DNA of 23,887 nt from an uncultured virus (IMG/VR IMGVR_UViG_3300029904_000008) (taxonomy: Duplodnaviria; Heunggongvirae; Uroviricota; Caudoviricetes): IMG/VR virus record IMGVR_UViG_3300029904_000008; one strand, 5' to 3'. A program made the position numbers and the translations under genes. Positions 9,249-17,873 of the stretch are shown here, piece by piece (position 1 is the stretch's first letter; each line of letters begins with the position of its first letter). The notes under the pieces were generated by a model. It was given only the letters and a program-made list of their open reading frames with translations. It was not told the DNA's origin and did not search any database.

Positions 9249-10706
9249 TTACTTAATTTTATTGCGATACATCTCTTCGAAGCTAAACTGGTCGTCCTTA
9301 ACCTCGTCATCCTCGTGATCATCCTTCTTAGAAGAAGCACGGCTTACATCCTTGGATCCACATTTTGCACAAGTGAGGGGGAATTTCTCCTCCAACTGAG
9401 CATTGTAATCCTTCTCCAGAGATTTAAGGGTATTAAGACCCGTAGTATCAGAGTTAATCATATTAACGATTGTCTCATCCACTTTATCTCCCTTGAGTTT
9501 CTTGTAAGCAGATACGGTAGATTCACGAAGCTGGGCAATATAATTAGTACCCACAGTTGCCATTTCCTTCAGGTTAGCAACCTCAGTCTCCAGGTTAGTT
9601 ACTTTCTCAGAAAGAGTATCCCTTTCTGTAGTAAGGGTCTCTACATCACCTTTGGCTTTCTTAAGATCAGAAATCAAAGTAGCTACTGACTGCTCAACGA
9701 GCTCAGTAGTCATTTCCTGACCTTCTGCCAATTGGAGCATGTTCTCTCCGAACAGTTTCTCCAAAAATGCTCTCAGTTCTTCATTCATATCCTTATTATC
9801 TTTTGGGTTAATACTTGAATCGATTTTCTTTTCATTAAAAGTTTCCTGTGTCTCGCATTTATAATCGGAGAAGGTATAATATTTGTGATCCTGCTCCTCA
9901 TACTCCTTAAAAGTTTTAACCACTTGGTTAGCATAAGCAGGATTTATTATACCTCCATCTTCTCCAATCTTTTGGGCAAATGGATCTGCTCCATGAGATA
10001 CAAGGGATGTTTCCATATACCGAACAATTTCTGTACATACTCGGCATATCATATTACCCTTTTTATCATATTTACCCATCTGATCCCAGAATTCATTATC
10101 TGACATTTCAGGATGGGATTTATCCCATTTAAACTGTACAGTTACCGAATTAGAATGGATAGAAGGAGGATCCATAAGAATACCTCTAGCAATACGAGGA
10201 TTTGCCTTAGCATCTATCTTAAGTACTCCGTTGATACCTGCTGGGATATGGAATTTACCATCGGTATATGCCTCTTGCCAAATTACTTCCTTAACTGATC
10301 CTATGGCATTACCAATGTTAGTCTCATGATCACAGTTTACAGTTTGACCAAGGAGCATTTTCATAGAAGCCTTGAGAACTCCGTTCCTTGAAAAATCTGT
10401 TGGGTAAAAATTCCGAGATACTATAGTTTCTGAAAGCAATCGGAACATAGGCTCTATAAATTCCTCATCCTTTGGTTTGAGATCCTCGAGATCAAGATCC
10501 GGATAATAGGTATTATAATCTATATCCGAACCAAAAAATCCAAATTTCTCCATGGATTCCCTATTGGGTTTAACTAACCCATAATAATCCTCAGAGAACT
10601 TTGCAGGACCTATTCTCTTTGGAATAAATCCTGCCATCACGGAATGACCCTGACCAATGGTTAGGGTTTCCAGATGTTCCTTGTTTTTGTTAATAAGTCT
10701 TGACAT
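9249..10706 (-). CDS. Prohead maturation protease fused to coiled-coil scaffold
   Basis: VNCDHE (putative catalytic His), HSNSVTV (putative catalytic Ser) and ETSLVSHGADPFA (HK97-protease-like ExSxVxxxAxP); C-terminal coiled coil; lies between portal and capsid. Confidence 0.8.
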   Translation of the reverse strand: MSRLINKNKEHLETLTIGQGHSVMAGFIPKRIGPAKFSEDYYGLVKPNRESMEKFGFFGSDIDYNTYYPDLDLEDLKPKDEEFIEPMFRLLSETIVSRNFYPTDFSRNGVLKASMKMLLGQTVNCDHETNIGNAIGSVKEVIWQEAYTDGKFHIPAGINGVLKIDAKANPRIARGILMDPPSIHSNSVTVQFKWDKSHPEMSDNEFWDQMGKYDKKGNMICRVCTEIVRYMETSLVSHGADPFAQKIGEDGGIINPAYANQVVKTFKEYEEQDHKYYTFSDYKCETQETFNEKKIDSSINPKDNKDMNEELRAFLEKLFGENMLQLAEGQEMTTELVEQSVATLISDLKKAKGDVETLTTERDTLSEKVTNLETEVANLKEMATVGTNYIAQLRESTVSAYKKLKGDKVDETIVNMINSDTTGLNTLKSLEKDYNAQLEEKFPLTCAKCGSKDVSRASSKKDDHEDDEVKDDQFSFEEMYRNKIK

Positions 10707-10708
10707 AA

Positions 10709-12190
10709 TTATCTTGGTTTAGAGTTTTGATCCTGTCGTTTTGGACTGGGATTATTTTTATCCCGGGTTCTCCTTGAAGATTGATTTTTATCAGCTTGCC
10801 TTTGCTTTTTCTTTATTCCTTCCTGAGGATCTCCATTATTTACTCCATTCTGATCCTCAAGTGAAAGTCTTGGTTCATCCTGATCAGGAGCATCATAACC
10901 CATTTCCCAAGCATATTGGGCCTGAGATATAATACCGGCCTTGTAAAGAAGATCAAGGTTTTGAATTTTGTATTGCCTTGCCTGTTGTACCTTAACTTCA
11001 TCTGATATAGTAGAGGTTCCCCAAGTAATGGTTAATCCCTTATTATTATACCCAGCAAGAAGCAATTCTAGAGAATATATCTTAGTTAAAGCATAACTTA
11101 CAATAACTTGAAAATTCTTTAACTGCGAGATAAGCTTAGATAACACTACGCCTGATCCTGATTCGGTATTTGAGGAATTAACTCCAATTATAGAACCATT
11201 TACTCCCAATCCATTGGCAACTGATTGTTGATTCATGTCCCATGGAGCATTTATATTTCCCAGCTCCTTAGTTGTAGAATTGAGATTAAATTCGGCATCA
11301 TCAATAAATCCTGTAACAATACCATCCTTAAGAGAATCCTTCATATTACGTTTTAAATCCCTAAGCAATCGATTTAACCTTCCCTCATAGGCATGTAAAG
11401 ATTCATTACCCTTTTGCATAGGTTTTTGGATCTTCGCTTCAAGGAATCCCACCATACCTACCATATCCATGATATGCTTGAAATTGATTCTCATATCTTG
11501 CTGTCCTTTGAGAGAATCAAGAGCAGTCATAAACGGTGGTATTCCATAGGGTTCATCTGTATCATTAAACATACCTATATAAAAATAGGTATCTGGGTTC
11601 AATTTGATAAACTGTTCCTTAACAGCTTTTAATCCCTGAGTTACCTTTTGGTAAGGTTCATACACTCCATTATTAGTTTGGTGGAAGTATATATTCTCTG
11701 GCTTAAGGAATAGGATAGTAGAGAGCCCATCTAAGTCTTCATTTGGTACTGCCTCTATAGATATTGCTCCACCAACCATTAATTGCACTAGCATCTTATT
11801 AACTAATCCATCCATACCTGAAGTATACCTGGACCAATTTTTAGATACATCCCTAAGATGATCTCTCATCCTTTCAGCTTCTTCATCGGTATTATTGGGG
11901 AAAGTTATAATATGCCCAGTATTGGTTAACTTGAACATATCCTGCAAAGCAATACCCACATCGGGATTTACCTTATACAATTTCCTTATCAGAGGAATAA
12001 CTTCCCTTCTAAAAGAAGGTGTTACCATAGAGGTCATATTAGATAATACGGCAACAAAATCTCCGTTATTATCCTCCGGTTCAGAAACTCTACCAGGAGA
12101 AATAGAGGCTATAGTTTTAGCCTCATCCTCTTTTCTCTTGGTATCAATAGGAGTAGGTTTTCTCCTAAAATAATCAAAAATATTTTTCAT
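10709..12190 (-). CDS. Portal protein (493 aa)
   Basis: Directly after terL with an ATGA overlap; motifs EPYGIPP, LLYKAGIIS and a low-complexity charged C-terminus typical of portals. Confidence 0.85.
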   Translation of the reverse strand: MKNIFDYFRRKPTPIDTKRKEDEAKTIASISPGRVSEPEDNNGDFVAVLSNMTSMVTPSFRREVIPLIRKLYKVNPDVGIALQDMFKLTNTGHIITFPNNTDEEAERMRDHLRDVSKNWSRYTSGMDGLVNKMLVQLMVGGAISIEAVPNEDLDGLSTILFLKPENIYFHQTNNGVYEPYQKVTQGLKAVKEQFIKLNPDTYFYIGMFNDTDEPYGIPPFMTALDSLKGQQDMRINFKHIMDMVGMVGFLEAKIQKPMQKGNESLHAYEGRLNRLLRDLKRNMKDSLKDGIVTGFIDDAEFNLNSTTKELGNINAPWDMNQQSVANGLGVNGSIIGVNSSNTESGSGVVLSKLISQLKNFQVIVSYALTKIYSLELLLAGYNNKGLTITWGTSTISDEVKVQQARQYKIQNLDLLYKAGIISQAQYAWEMGYDAPDQDEPRLSLEDQNGVNNGDPQEGIKKKQRQADKNQSSRRTRDKNNPSPKRQDQNSKPR

Positions 12191-14736
12191 TTGGGTAATA
12201 CGATTATGTTTTGTTTACCTTTCCTAATATGATTAGTTATGGCTTTACCCATAATATCATCATCTGCATATACCTCAGATTCCATATCTATATCCCCTGT
12301 AGTATTAGCTTGGTGTTTTCCCAAAGCTACTGGTCGGTTCATACTATCATAAATGAAAGTATAAGCTTCCTGAACGAAGAACGGGTCCTTAATAATACAG
12401 TTTTCTTCTCGAACATCCGTTTCCAATCCATTTATAATTACAGATCGGTTTTTGGTAGTAGTCATCCATCCTGGAGATTTATCCATTTCAGGTCTGGATT
12501 CTCCTTTCTTCTTTACCATTTTCTGATAGAAGTAAAGATTGGGATATCCTTCTGCTTGTAACCAGGAAGTAACTGCTAATCCCACATCATTGGATTCAGG
12601 AGCAATTACGGCATCATTAAATAAGGATCCAGTATCCCCAAGAAGTTTAGCATACTGATCTACTGCCATTCTTCCCTTATATACTACTTGTTCTTCTCCA
12701 TCCCTATCCATACAGGTGAAAGAAGAGTAGTCAGTTGCTCTACCAGTTGCAACATCCGCTCCTATAAAATATTCTTTATTAAAGTCTGGATCATTGAATC
12801 TTCGATATTGACCATTTAACTTAACCTGGATTGGAGGATAATCAGATAGGCAATCTTCTATTGATTTTATATCGGCAAGATCAAATACGGTATTTCCTGA
12901 TCCAAGGAAGTCTCCATCTACCTCTTGGGCTGTTCTTCTTGGGCCAAGAGCCCTTGCCATTTCATTGTACCAATTATCATCCCGTTCAGGGTGCATCCTC
13001 CAATATAATCGGATAGGATTAAAAGGATTGTTATGATTTAGTGAGTCAACCCACGTAGAGTGGTAGAAACCGCCTATGCCGTAGGGTGTAGAATTTACTA
13101 TGGCAGCTCCACCAGTATTATGATTTACGAAATTATTGGCAGTTATATAGGATTCATCATCCTCTACGTGTATATCATAAATTGTTCTAAGAGTTTTCTT
13201 TCTTAAATGTAACTTAGATATATATACTCTACTTTCTCTCTCTTCTATAATTCTCTTAATGAATTTACGAGCTTGTTTTTTATCCGGGTATAATTCCTTT
13301 GCAATCTCAGTATATGAAAATCCCTCCTTATACATTTCCAAGATTTTACCTCTTCTCAATAGATAAGGCAATCTATCACTGGATATACCTGAAAGTACTG
13401 CATTTATATTATACTTAAAACTTCTCTTAACATTATCAGAAACTTTAGAATATCGGAGGTTGGTTACATAATTGTGATCTCTACAACAATCTATGTGATC
13501 TACTTGATATCCTTTCGGTTTAGGGCCTATGAAAGCCTCAGCTACTAAAACATGGATATTTCTTTGGAATGTTTTAGATTTTTGAGAATTAAAGTAATTA
13601 CCAGTGTTTCTCTTAACTCCTCTTATTCTTAAACCAACCCTTAAATACCCATCCTTGTTATATCTACTAGGAACTTCACAAAATCCCTTTCTGGGATAAT
13701 TGGCATATACTTTACCCAGATTAGATACGAAATAATCGGGGAATCCCTCTATAGGCTTTAATATTTCCTTATCAGGACATTTAGTCTTCCGAGGAGATTT
13801 TATCTTATCCAATTTAGTATCTACCTGAATTATATTCAGATCATCTCGGATAATCTCCTCTACAGTTCTCCAACCTTGGGTAGTAAATAATCGATGTTTA
13901 GGAGTAGCTCCTAATTTTTTACCTCGATCATCAACTACTGTCCAAGTCTCCATTTTACCCTTATTCTGACTCCATAGGATCTTCTTCCAGGATCCGGTAT
14001 GGGTAAGGGTATAAAGATCGAAATGCTCCAAATTTACCACACTGGGTTTATTTGGGCAAAGATCTTTGATCCGTAATACCTTGGTTACAGGCCTTTTATA
14101 ATTTTTTAAAAAAGTGTCAGAATACTGTTTTACTATGAGTTTGGAGCTACCTTTTAGGCAACTAAGCGTTGGGAATGCTGCTGCCCATATCTGAGAAGCC
14201 CATCTTACAATTGCTGCCTCATCTATCACCAAAAGTGAAAGAGATTCTGAACGACCAGCCTCAGTAGATGTTGGTATAGATTCTATAAATGAACCATTAT
14301 CAAACTCAATCATACTGGCTGATCCATATTCTCCAGCTCTACCATTTATAATCGGTACTTGTAAATACCAAGGAAGATTTTTGTACATATACTTAATCTT
14401 CTTCAGTACCTTCTTTGCAGTTATATCCTTAATTGAGATAATATTCACCTTTTTATTTGGGTGATACATCGTCAACCAAAGGCAGTACATAGAGATTAAC
14501 TCTGTGATCCCTGCCTGTCGAAATTTAAGGATTATATTGAACCTGTTCTTTACGAAGTTATATAGGACCGATTTTTGATAGGGATATAGATCAAATTTCA
14601 CTTTACCTCTCACTGGGTGAACTACATAACAGAATATGCTAAAGAAAAAAACATCTTTTACTGCTAACGAGAGATTTTGTAGTTCTTGTCCAGTGAGAGG
14701 CTTATTACGTGTATCTTCAATTATCCTTTTTGCCAT
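12187..14736 (-). CDS. terL: Terminase large subunit containing an intein (849-aa precursor, ~501 aa spliced)
   Basis: Q motif LYPYQ, Walker A variant LKFRQAGITE, GRSES, Walker B LVIDEAA, coupling motif NSTPYG, nuclease IGADVATG...DYS and terminal DDDIM. Confidence 0.95.
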   Translation of the reverse strand: MAKRIIEDTRNKPLTGQELQNLSLAVKDVFFFSIFCYVVHPVRGKVKFDLYPYQKSVLYNFVKNRFNIILKFRQAGITELISMYCLWLTMYHPNKKVNIISIKDITAKKVLKKIKYMYKNLPWYLQVPIINGRAGEYGSASMIEFDNGSFIESIPTSTEAGRSESLSLLVIDEAAIVRWASQIWAAAFPTLSCLKGSSKLIVKQYSDTFLKNYKRPVTKVLRIKDLCPNKPSVVNLEHFDLYTLTHTGSWKKILWSQNKGKMETWTVVDDRGKKLGATPKHRLFTTQGWRTVEEIIRDDLNIIQVDTKLDKIKSPRKTKCPDKEILKPIEGFPDYFVSNLGKVYANYPRKGFCEVPSRYNKDGYLRVGLRIRGVKRNTGNYFNSQKSKTFQRNIHVLVAEAFIGPKPKGYQVDHIDCCRDHNYVTNLRYSKVSDNVKRSFKYNINAVLSGISSDRLPYLLRRGKILEMYKEGFSYTEIAKELYPDKKQARKFIKRIIEERESRVYISKLHLRKKTLRTIYDIHVEDDESYITANNFVNHNTGGAAIVNSTPYGIGGFYHSTWVDSLNHNNPFNPIRLYWRMHPERDDNWYNEMARALGPRRTAQEVDGDFLGSGNTVFDLADIKSIEDCLSDYPPIQVKLNGQYRRFNDPDFNKEYFIGADVATGRATDYSSFTCMDRDGEEQVVYKGRMAVDQYAKLLGDTGSLFNDAVIAPESNDVGLAVTSWLQAEGYPNLYFYQKMVKKKGESRPEMDKSPGWMTTTKNRSVIINGLETDVREENCIIKDPFFVQEAYTFIYDSMNRPVALGKHQANTTGDIDMESEVYADDDIMGKAITNHIRKGKQNIIVLPK
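13117..14160 (-). mobile_element. Intein (348 aa) in TerL with NUMOD4-HNH homing endonuclease and HTH
   Basis: Starts at Cys (FPTLS|CLKGSS); block B TPKH; block F IYDIHVEDDESY; ends HN|T. Inside: KPIEGFPDYFVSNLGKV (NUMOD4), HVLVAEAFIG...VDHIDCCRDHNYVTNL (HNH) and EGFSYTEIAKEL (HTH). Confidence 0.93.
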
Positions 14737-14737
14737 A

Positions 14738-15439
14738 TCACTTAAATTTATAGGTTATAGATATTTCCAAATCCTTACCTACCTTATTTGAGAGATTAGG
14801 ATAATAGAATAGATTGAATCCCAGGTTATAATTAAATTTCCCAGTCTCGAGACTTATACCAGCATTCAGATCTGTGAATTTATTAAAGGGTCGATATGAT
14901 CCCTTTATGTAGGGAACTAATTGGAGATTAATTCTTTTCTTGTAAGTAAGTTTATTATCTACCCAGTTATAATTATACTTAGAAGGATCAATTTTAAACT
15001 TACGGATTTTATAGGTACTGTCTAGAGTATTCTTGGTAGTTAATTCTAACCAATTATTCTTTAATAAGATTTGAGAAATAGAATCATACAATAAAGGACC
15101 AGAATCTTGGAATTGTTTTGTAGTGTCTGATGAAAGGGTGTTAATCCGATCCTGACTGTTCCTTGATCCTGGTCCACCATCCCTATGAAGAGAATTCCCA
15201 TTTGCCTTGTTGGAGGATTTAGAAGTTTGATATACCCAGACCTCCGAAGGTAGGAATTCGTCCTCATAGGGAATTGCTTTTGAATATTTTGATATAGGCA
15301 TGTATATTGTATCGGGTAATATATGAGGAATCGTAATTGCCGAAGTTGAAATTTGCTTTTCCCGATAAATCCAAAAGCAAAGGTAAATAGATATTCCTAG
15401 TAAAATTAGGATCACTAAACTTTTAGTTTTTTCTTTCAT
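14738..15439 (-). CDS. Membrane-anchored protein with N-terminal TM helix and C-terminal amphipathic beta-strands (possible spanin-like lysis protein)
   Basis: Basic N-terminus plus hydrophobic helix LVILILLGISIYLCFWIY; alternating-hydrophobic strands ending LEISITYKFK. Confidence 0.65.
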   Translation of the reverse strand: MKEKTKSLVILILLGISIYLCFWIYREKQISTSAITIPHILPDTIYMPISKYSKAIPYEDEFLPSEVWVYQTSKSSNKANGNSLHRDGGPGSRNSQDRINTLSSDTTKQFQDSGPLLYDSISQILLKNNWLELTTKNTLDSTYKIRKFKIDPSKYNYNWVDNKLTYKKRINLQLVPYIKGSYRPFNKFTDLNAGISLETGKFNYNLGFNLFYYPNLSNKVGKDLEISITYKFK

Positions 15440-15657
15440 GATGAAAATATCTGGTTGAACTTCTTTTGGAGATAAGAAAAACTTTTTAGGGTTAAATCCG
15501 ATTTAACCCAATAAATCTTGATAGAATATATCCTTTTAGTTTCTACTAATTCAAATCTTAAACCAGAAGCATGAATATACAAATCTCTTATCACACTCAA
15601 TAACTTTTTAAAATCCTTAATCCCAGGATGGGTATTTCTAAAACATAATATCCTCAT
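15436..15657 (-). CDS. Small basic hypothetical protein (likely start MRILCF..., ~73 aa)
   Basis: Stop overlaps the next ATG (ATGA). The longer TTG start at 15723 lies inside a palindrome and is unlikely. Confidence 0.45.
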   Translation of the reverse strand: MRILCFRNTHPGIKDFKKLLSVIRDLYIHASGLRFELVETKRIYSIKIYWVKSDLTLKSFSYLQKKFNQIFSS

Positions 15658-15700
15658 AATATTCGAATTTAAATTACAAATCATAAATATAAAGTTTATA

Positions 15701-15732
15701 GATATACTTTTGGGGTACCCCAAAAGTATATC
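15701..15732. repeat. Perfect 32-bp palindrome GATATACTTTTGGGGTACCCCAAAAGTATATC
   Basis: The sequence equals its own reverse complement. Confidence 0.95.
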
Positions 15733-15781
15733 ATTCCGAGGGAACCGAGGAATTGGATTTTATATACTACCTTCGTACATA

Positions 15782-15827
15782 AAATATATATACATATATA
15801 CGAAGTATATTATATGTATATATATTT
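15782..15827. repeat. AT-rich hairpin with C-GAA-G loop (20-bp stem, 3-nt bulge)
   Basis: AAATATATATACATATATAC-GAA-GTATA(TTA)TATGTATATATATTT. Confidence 0.85.
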
Positions 15828-15831
15828 CACG

Positions 15832-15881
15832 GGGTTATAACATATAAGATATATAATATATCTTATATGTTTATAAAACCC
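15832..15881. repeat. Inverted repeat with perfect 16-bp arms (15839-15854 / 15856-15871) and an imperfect extension
   Basis: AACATATAAGATATAT-A-ATATATCTTATATGTT flanked by GGGTT...AACCC. Confidence 0.88.
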
Positions 15882-15895
15882 TAATTTAACAGGAT

Positions 15896-16927
15896 TTAAC
15901 ATGTATGTAATAGGCATTTTTTAAACCATAATCCTACCTCATAAACGGATCCCTTTGCCAAGGTATATCTGGCCTTATTTAACCAGTAATCGTAGTGACT
16001 GGGATCTCTGAAAACCTCATAATGGTCAAGGTCCATGAATATCTTAAATCTCTTAGGAAATCCCATAATGTTCTTAATATCCTGAATCCCGAGAGGATAA
16101 CCATCTGGACGGAATTGTCTATCAGCAGGTCTTACGGTTAATGGATATTTACCCTCCTCCAATCGGTAAACTCCAGGCAAGGTAGACATCTTCTTGGTCT
16201 TAATTGGCCACTTCTTTTCATCCTTGAAGTCATTGGTCCACAGTTTTTGGATCTCTCTAACCGTTAAATTAATCTTTTGGGGAAGTAATCGATAATCATA
16301 CATCGCTAAGGTTTTATTTAAAGACGGCATATAATTCTCGTTATTTCCTTTAAAATAGGCAGCCTCCAGTAAATTTCTAGCGAGTTTAGGTTCTTTTACT
16401 CTAAATATATTCTCGAAATATTTTTTATTCCTCTGGACTGAATTTTTTATCCCTATAATCACTAACCTTTTCCTTGAGGATTGAGAATTTCCGAATTCCA
16501 TCACTGAATGACAGTGAAATAAAAGGGTATATTCATGAAAAATACCTTCAAAATTCTCTTTGGGAATTAATGATAAGAGCCTTGGGAGGTTCTCTATAAG
16601 AAAATATTCGGGTTTATACCATAAAATGGCTTCCATTACCAAATTTAAGCTCTTATTTTCTCGGGGATTACCTAATTCTTTCACTTTTGAAAGCCTCATA
16701 ATGGAGCTTGCACCGCAATCTGGAGAAGATAAAATCACATTGGGATGAGGAAAATCTGTTTTAAACTCCCTGATAAAAGGTATATTTCCAAAATTTAATC
16801 CCCATTGTTTCTCTCCGATACTATGGAATACTCCTCTAGGTTCTATATTTGCAATCAAATGCTTCCTAAAAGGGAATAGGAGGGCCCCTTGCCCTCCACA
16901 TATTCCCATTACAGTGAATTTTTTCAT
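15896..16927 (-). CDS. Divergent DNA (cytosine-5)-methyltransferase-like protein (343 aa from MKKFTV)
   Basis: C5-MTase motifs in order: I GICGGQG, IV SSPDC, VI IENL, VIII SQSSRKRLVIIG, IX IKNIMGFP, and a degenerate X (AKGSV). Confidence 0.8.
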   Translation of the reverse strand: MKKFTVMGICGGQGALLFPFRKHLIANIEPRGVFHSIGEKQWGLNFGNIPFIREFKTDFPHPNVILSSPDCGASSIMRLSKVKELGNPRENKSLNLVMEAILWYKPEYFLIENLPRLLSLIPKENFEGIFHEYTLLFHCHSVMEFGNSQSSRKRLVIIGIKNSVQRNKKYFENIFRVKEPKLARNLLEAAYFKGNNENYMPSLNKTLAMYDYRLLPQKINLTVREIQKLWTNDFKDEKKWPIKTKKMSTLPGVYRLEEGKYPLTVRPADRQFRPDGYPLGIQDIKNIMGFPKRFKIFMDLDHYEVFRDPSHYDYWLNKARYTLAKGSVYEVGLWFKKCLLHTC

Positions 16928-16928
16928 A

Positions 16929-17252
16929 TTACCAATACTTAAACCAAGCATAAGGCTTACGTTCTAGAAGATAGTTCAGATATTCTTCATTGTCATAAGC
17001 CTCCATTTCAAAGGATATGTTCTTATATGCTTTATGCCAATCCCTTAATTTGACAAGGTAAACTATAAATTCGAAAACATAAAGGAAATAGAAGAAGATC
17101 CAGAGAAGTTCTTTCATCTGTTTAGAGTGAATACTCTCATGGTTGAGGGTTACATCATCGATTACAGCACCTTTCCTTGCAAAAAGGATCCCAAAGATAT
17201 TGATACACTTATATCCCGGGAAAGGTATAATGTTATTATAAATAATTTTCAT
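16929..17252 (-). CDS. Small membrane protein with HExxH zinc-binding motif
   Basis: LNHESIHSKQ, then a hydrophobic helix and ISFEMEAY (possible third zinc ligand). Confidence 0.7.
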   Translation of the reverse strand: MKIIYNNIIPFPGYKCINIFGILFARKGAVIDDVTLNHESIHSKQMKELLWIFFYFLYVFEFIVYLVKLRDWHKAYKNISFEMEAYDNEEYLNYLLERKPYAWFKYW

Positions 17253-17255
17253 AGC

Positions 17256-17714
17256 TTATCCGATAGTTAAGATTATTGTTGGGTATTTTAGCATTTCTGC
17301 GTAGAGTTTTTTGAAGGTTACAGTAGAATTTATAACTTGTCCAACTACTTTATTCTGGCCGACAAGTATACAACCCTCGGTATCCTTTGCGGTATTTCCT
17401 ATATGGATGAGTACTCCTTCATACCCATCTACATTTAGAAGTCTTGGGAGTTTACCTTGACAGAAATTATAGGTTGCTCTTCGGGAAAACCGAGGAGAAA
17501 CTACATTCATAGTAACTTTGTATTTCCCTTTCGGGATTGCAGTTGCCCCTTTGATCTTGAGATCCTTAATTTTCTGTAAGGGCATACCCTGGACTAATCC
17601 CCTATCGGTATCTTCCAGAGTATCACAGAAGTAAACCCCATTGAGATAGAGTTTGCCGATCGTATAGGTACTTTTCTTCGCTATACGATCAATCCTAATG
17701 TTCAGTTGTCTCAT
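17256..17714 (-). CDS. DUF5675-like protein, candidate peptidoglycan-acting enzyme (endolysin)
   Basis: Recognised pattern YTIGKLYLNGVYFCDTLE...TAIPKGKY...VLIHIGNTAKDTEGCILVG, with a His...TxGC motif like L,D-transpeptidase-type enzymes. Confidence 0.75.
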   Translation of the reverse strand: MRQLNIRIDRIAKKSTYTIGKLYLNGVYFCDTLEDTDRGLVQGMPLQKIKDLKIKGATAIPKGKYKVTMNVVSPRFSRRATYNFCQGKLPRLLNVDGYEGVLIHIGNTAKDTEGCILVGQNKVVGQVINSTVTFKKLYAEMLKYPTIILTIG

Positions 17715-17719
17715 AAAAC

Positions 17720-17803
17720 TTAAGATCTTAGTTCATAGAGTAGATACCATAGTCTTGCCTCATTATCCCCTATCCCATCCTCAGCTATTATTAAATTAGT
17801 CAT
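17720..17803 (-). CDS. Possible 27-aa leader peptide MTNLIIAEDGIGDNEARLWYLLYELRS
   Basis: Translated by hand; AT-rich leader; stop lies 5 nt before the ATG of the DUF5675-like gene. Confidence 0.3.
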   Translation of the reverse strand: MTNLIIAEDGIGDNEARLWYLLYELRS

Positions 17804-17810
17804 AATATTA

Positions 17811-17842
17811 TTTGCATATTACATATATTATTGTTAAATTTG
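17811..17842 (+). promoter_or_regulatory. Bacteroidota primary-sigma promoter (-33 TTTG, -7 TAAATTTG)
   Basis: TTTG at 17811-14, 20-nt spacer, TAAATTTG at 17835-42; 31 nt upstream of ATG 17874. Confidence 0.85.
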
Positions 17843-17873
17843 CATTAATAAAAATAACTTAATAATATAAGGT

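Noticed and set aside
14490..14530. Walker A lacking the canonical GKT/S (KFRQAGITE) as a sign of an inactive terminase
   Set aside because: KxRQxGx(S/T) variants are known in large terminases, and all other motifs are intact.
14738..15439. Small terminase assignment by position upstream of terL
   Set aside because: The protein has an N-terminal TM helix and beta-rich C-terminus, unlike TerS; no TerS could be identified in the window.
1523..16748. Many short plus-strand or alternate-frame ORFs within structural genes (e.g. 2598..3074, 3181..3651, 9315..9689, 12211..12561, 15061..15267)
   Set aside because: They are fully nested in or antisense to well-supported genes, mostly with non-ATG starts and implausible composition.
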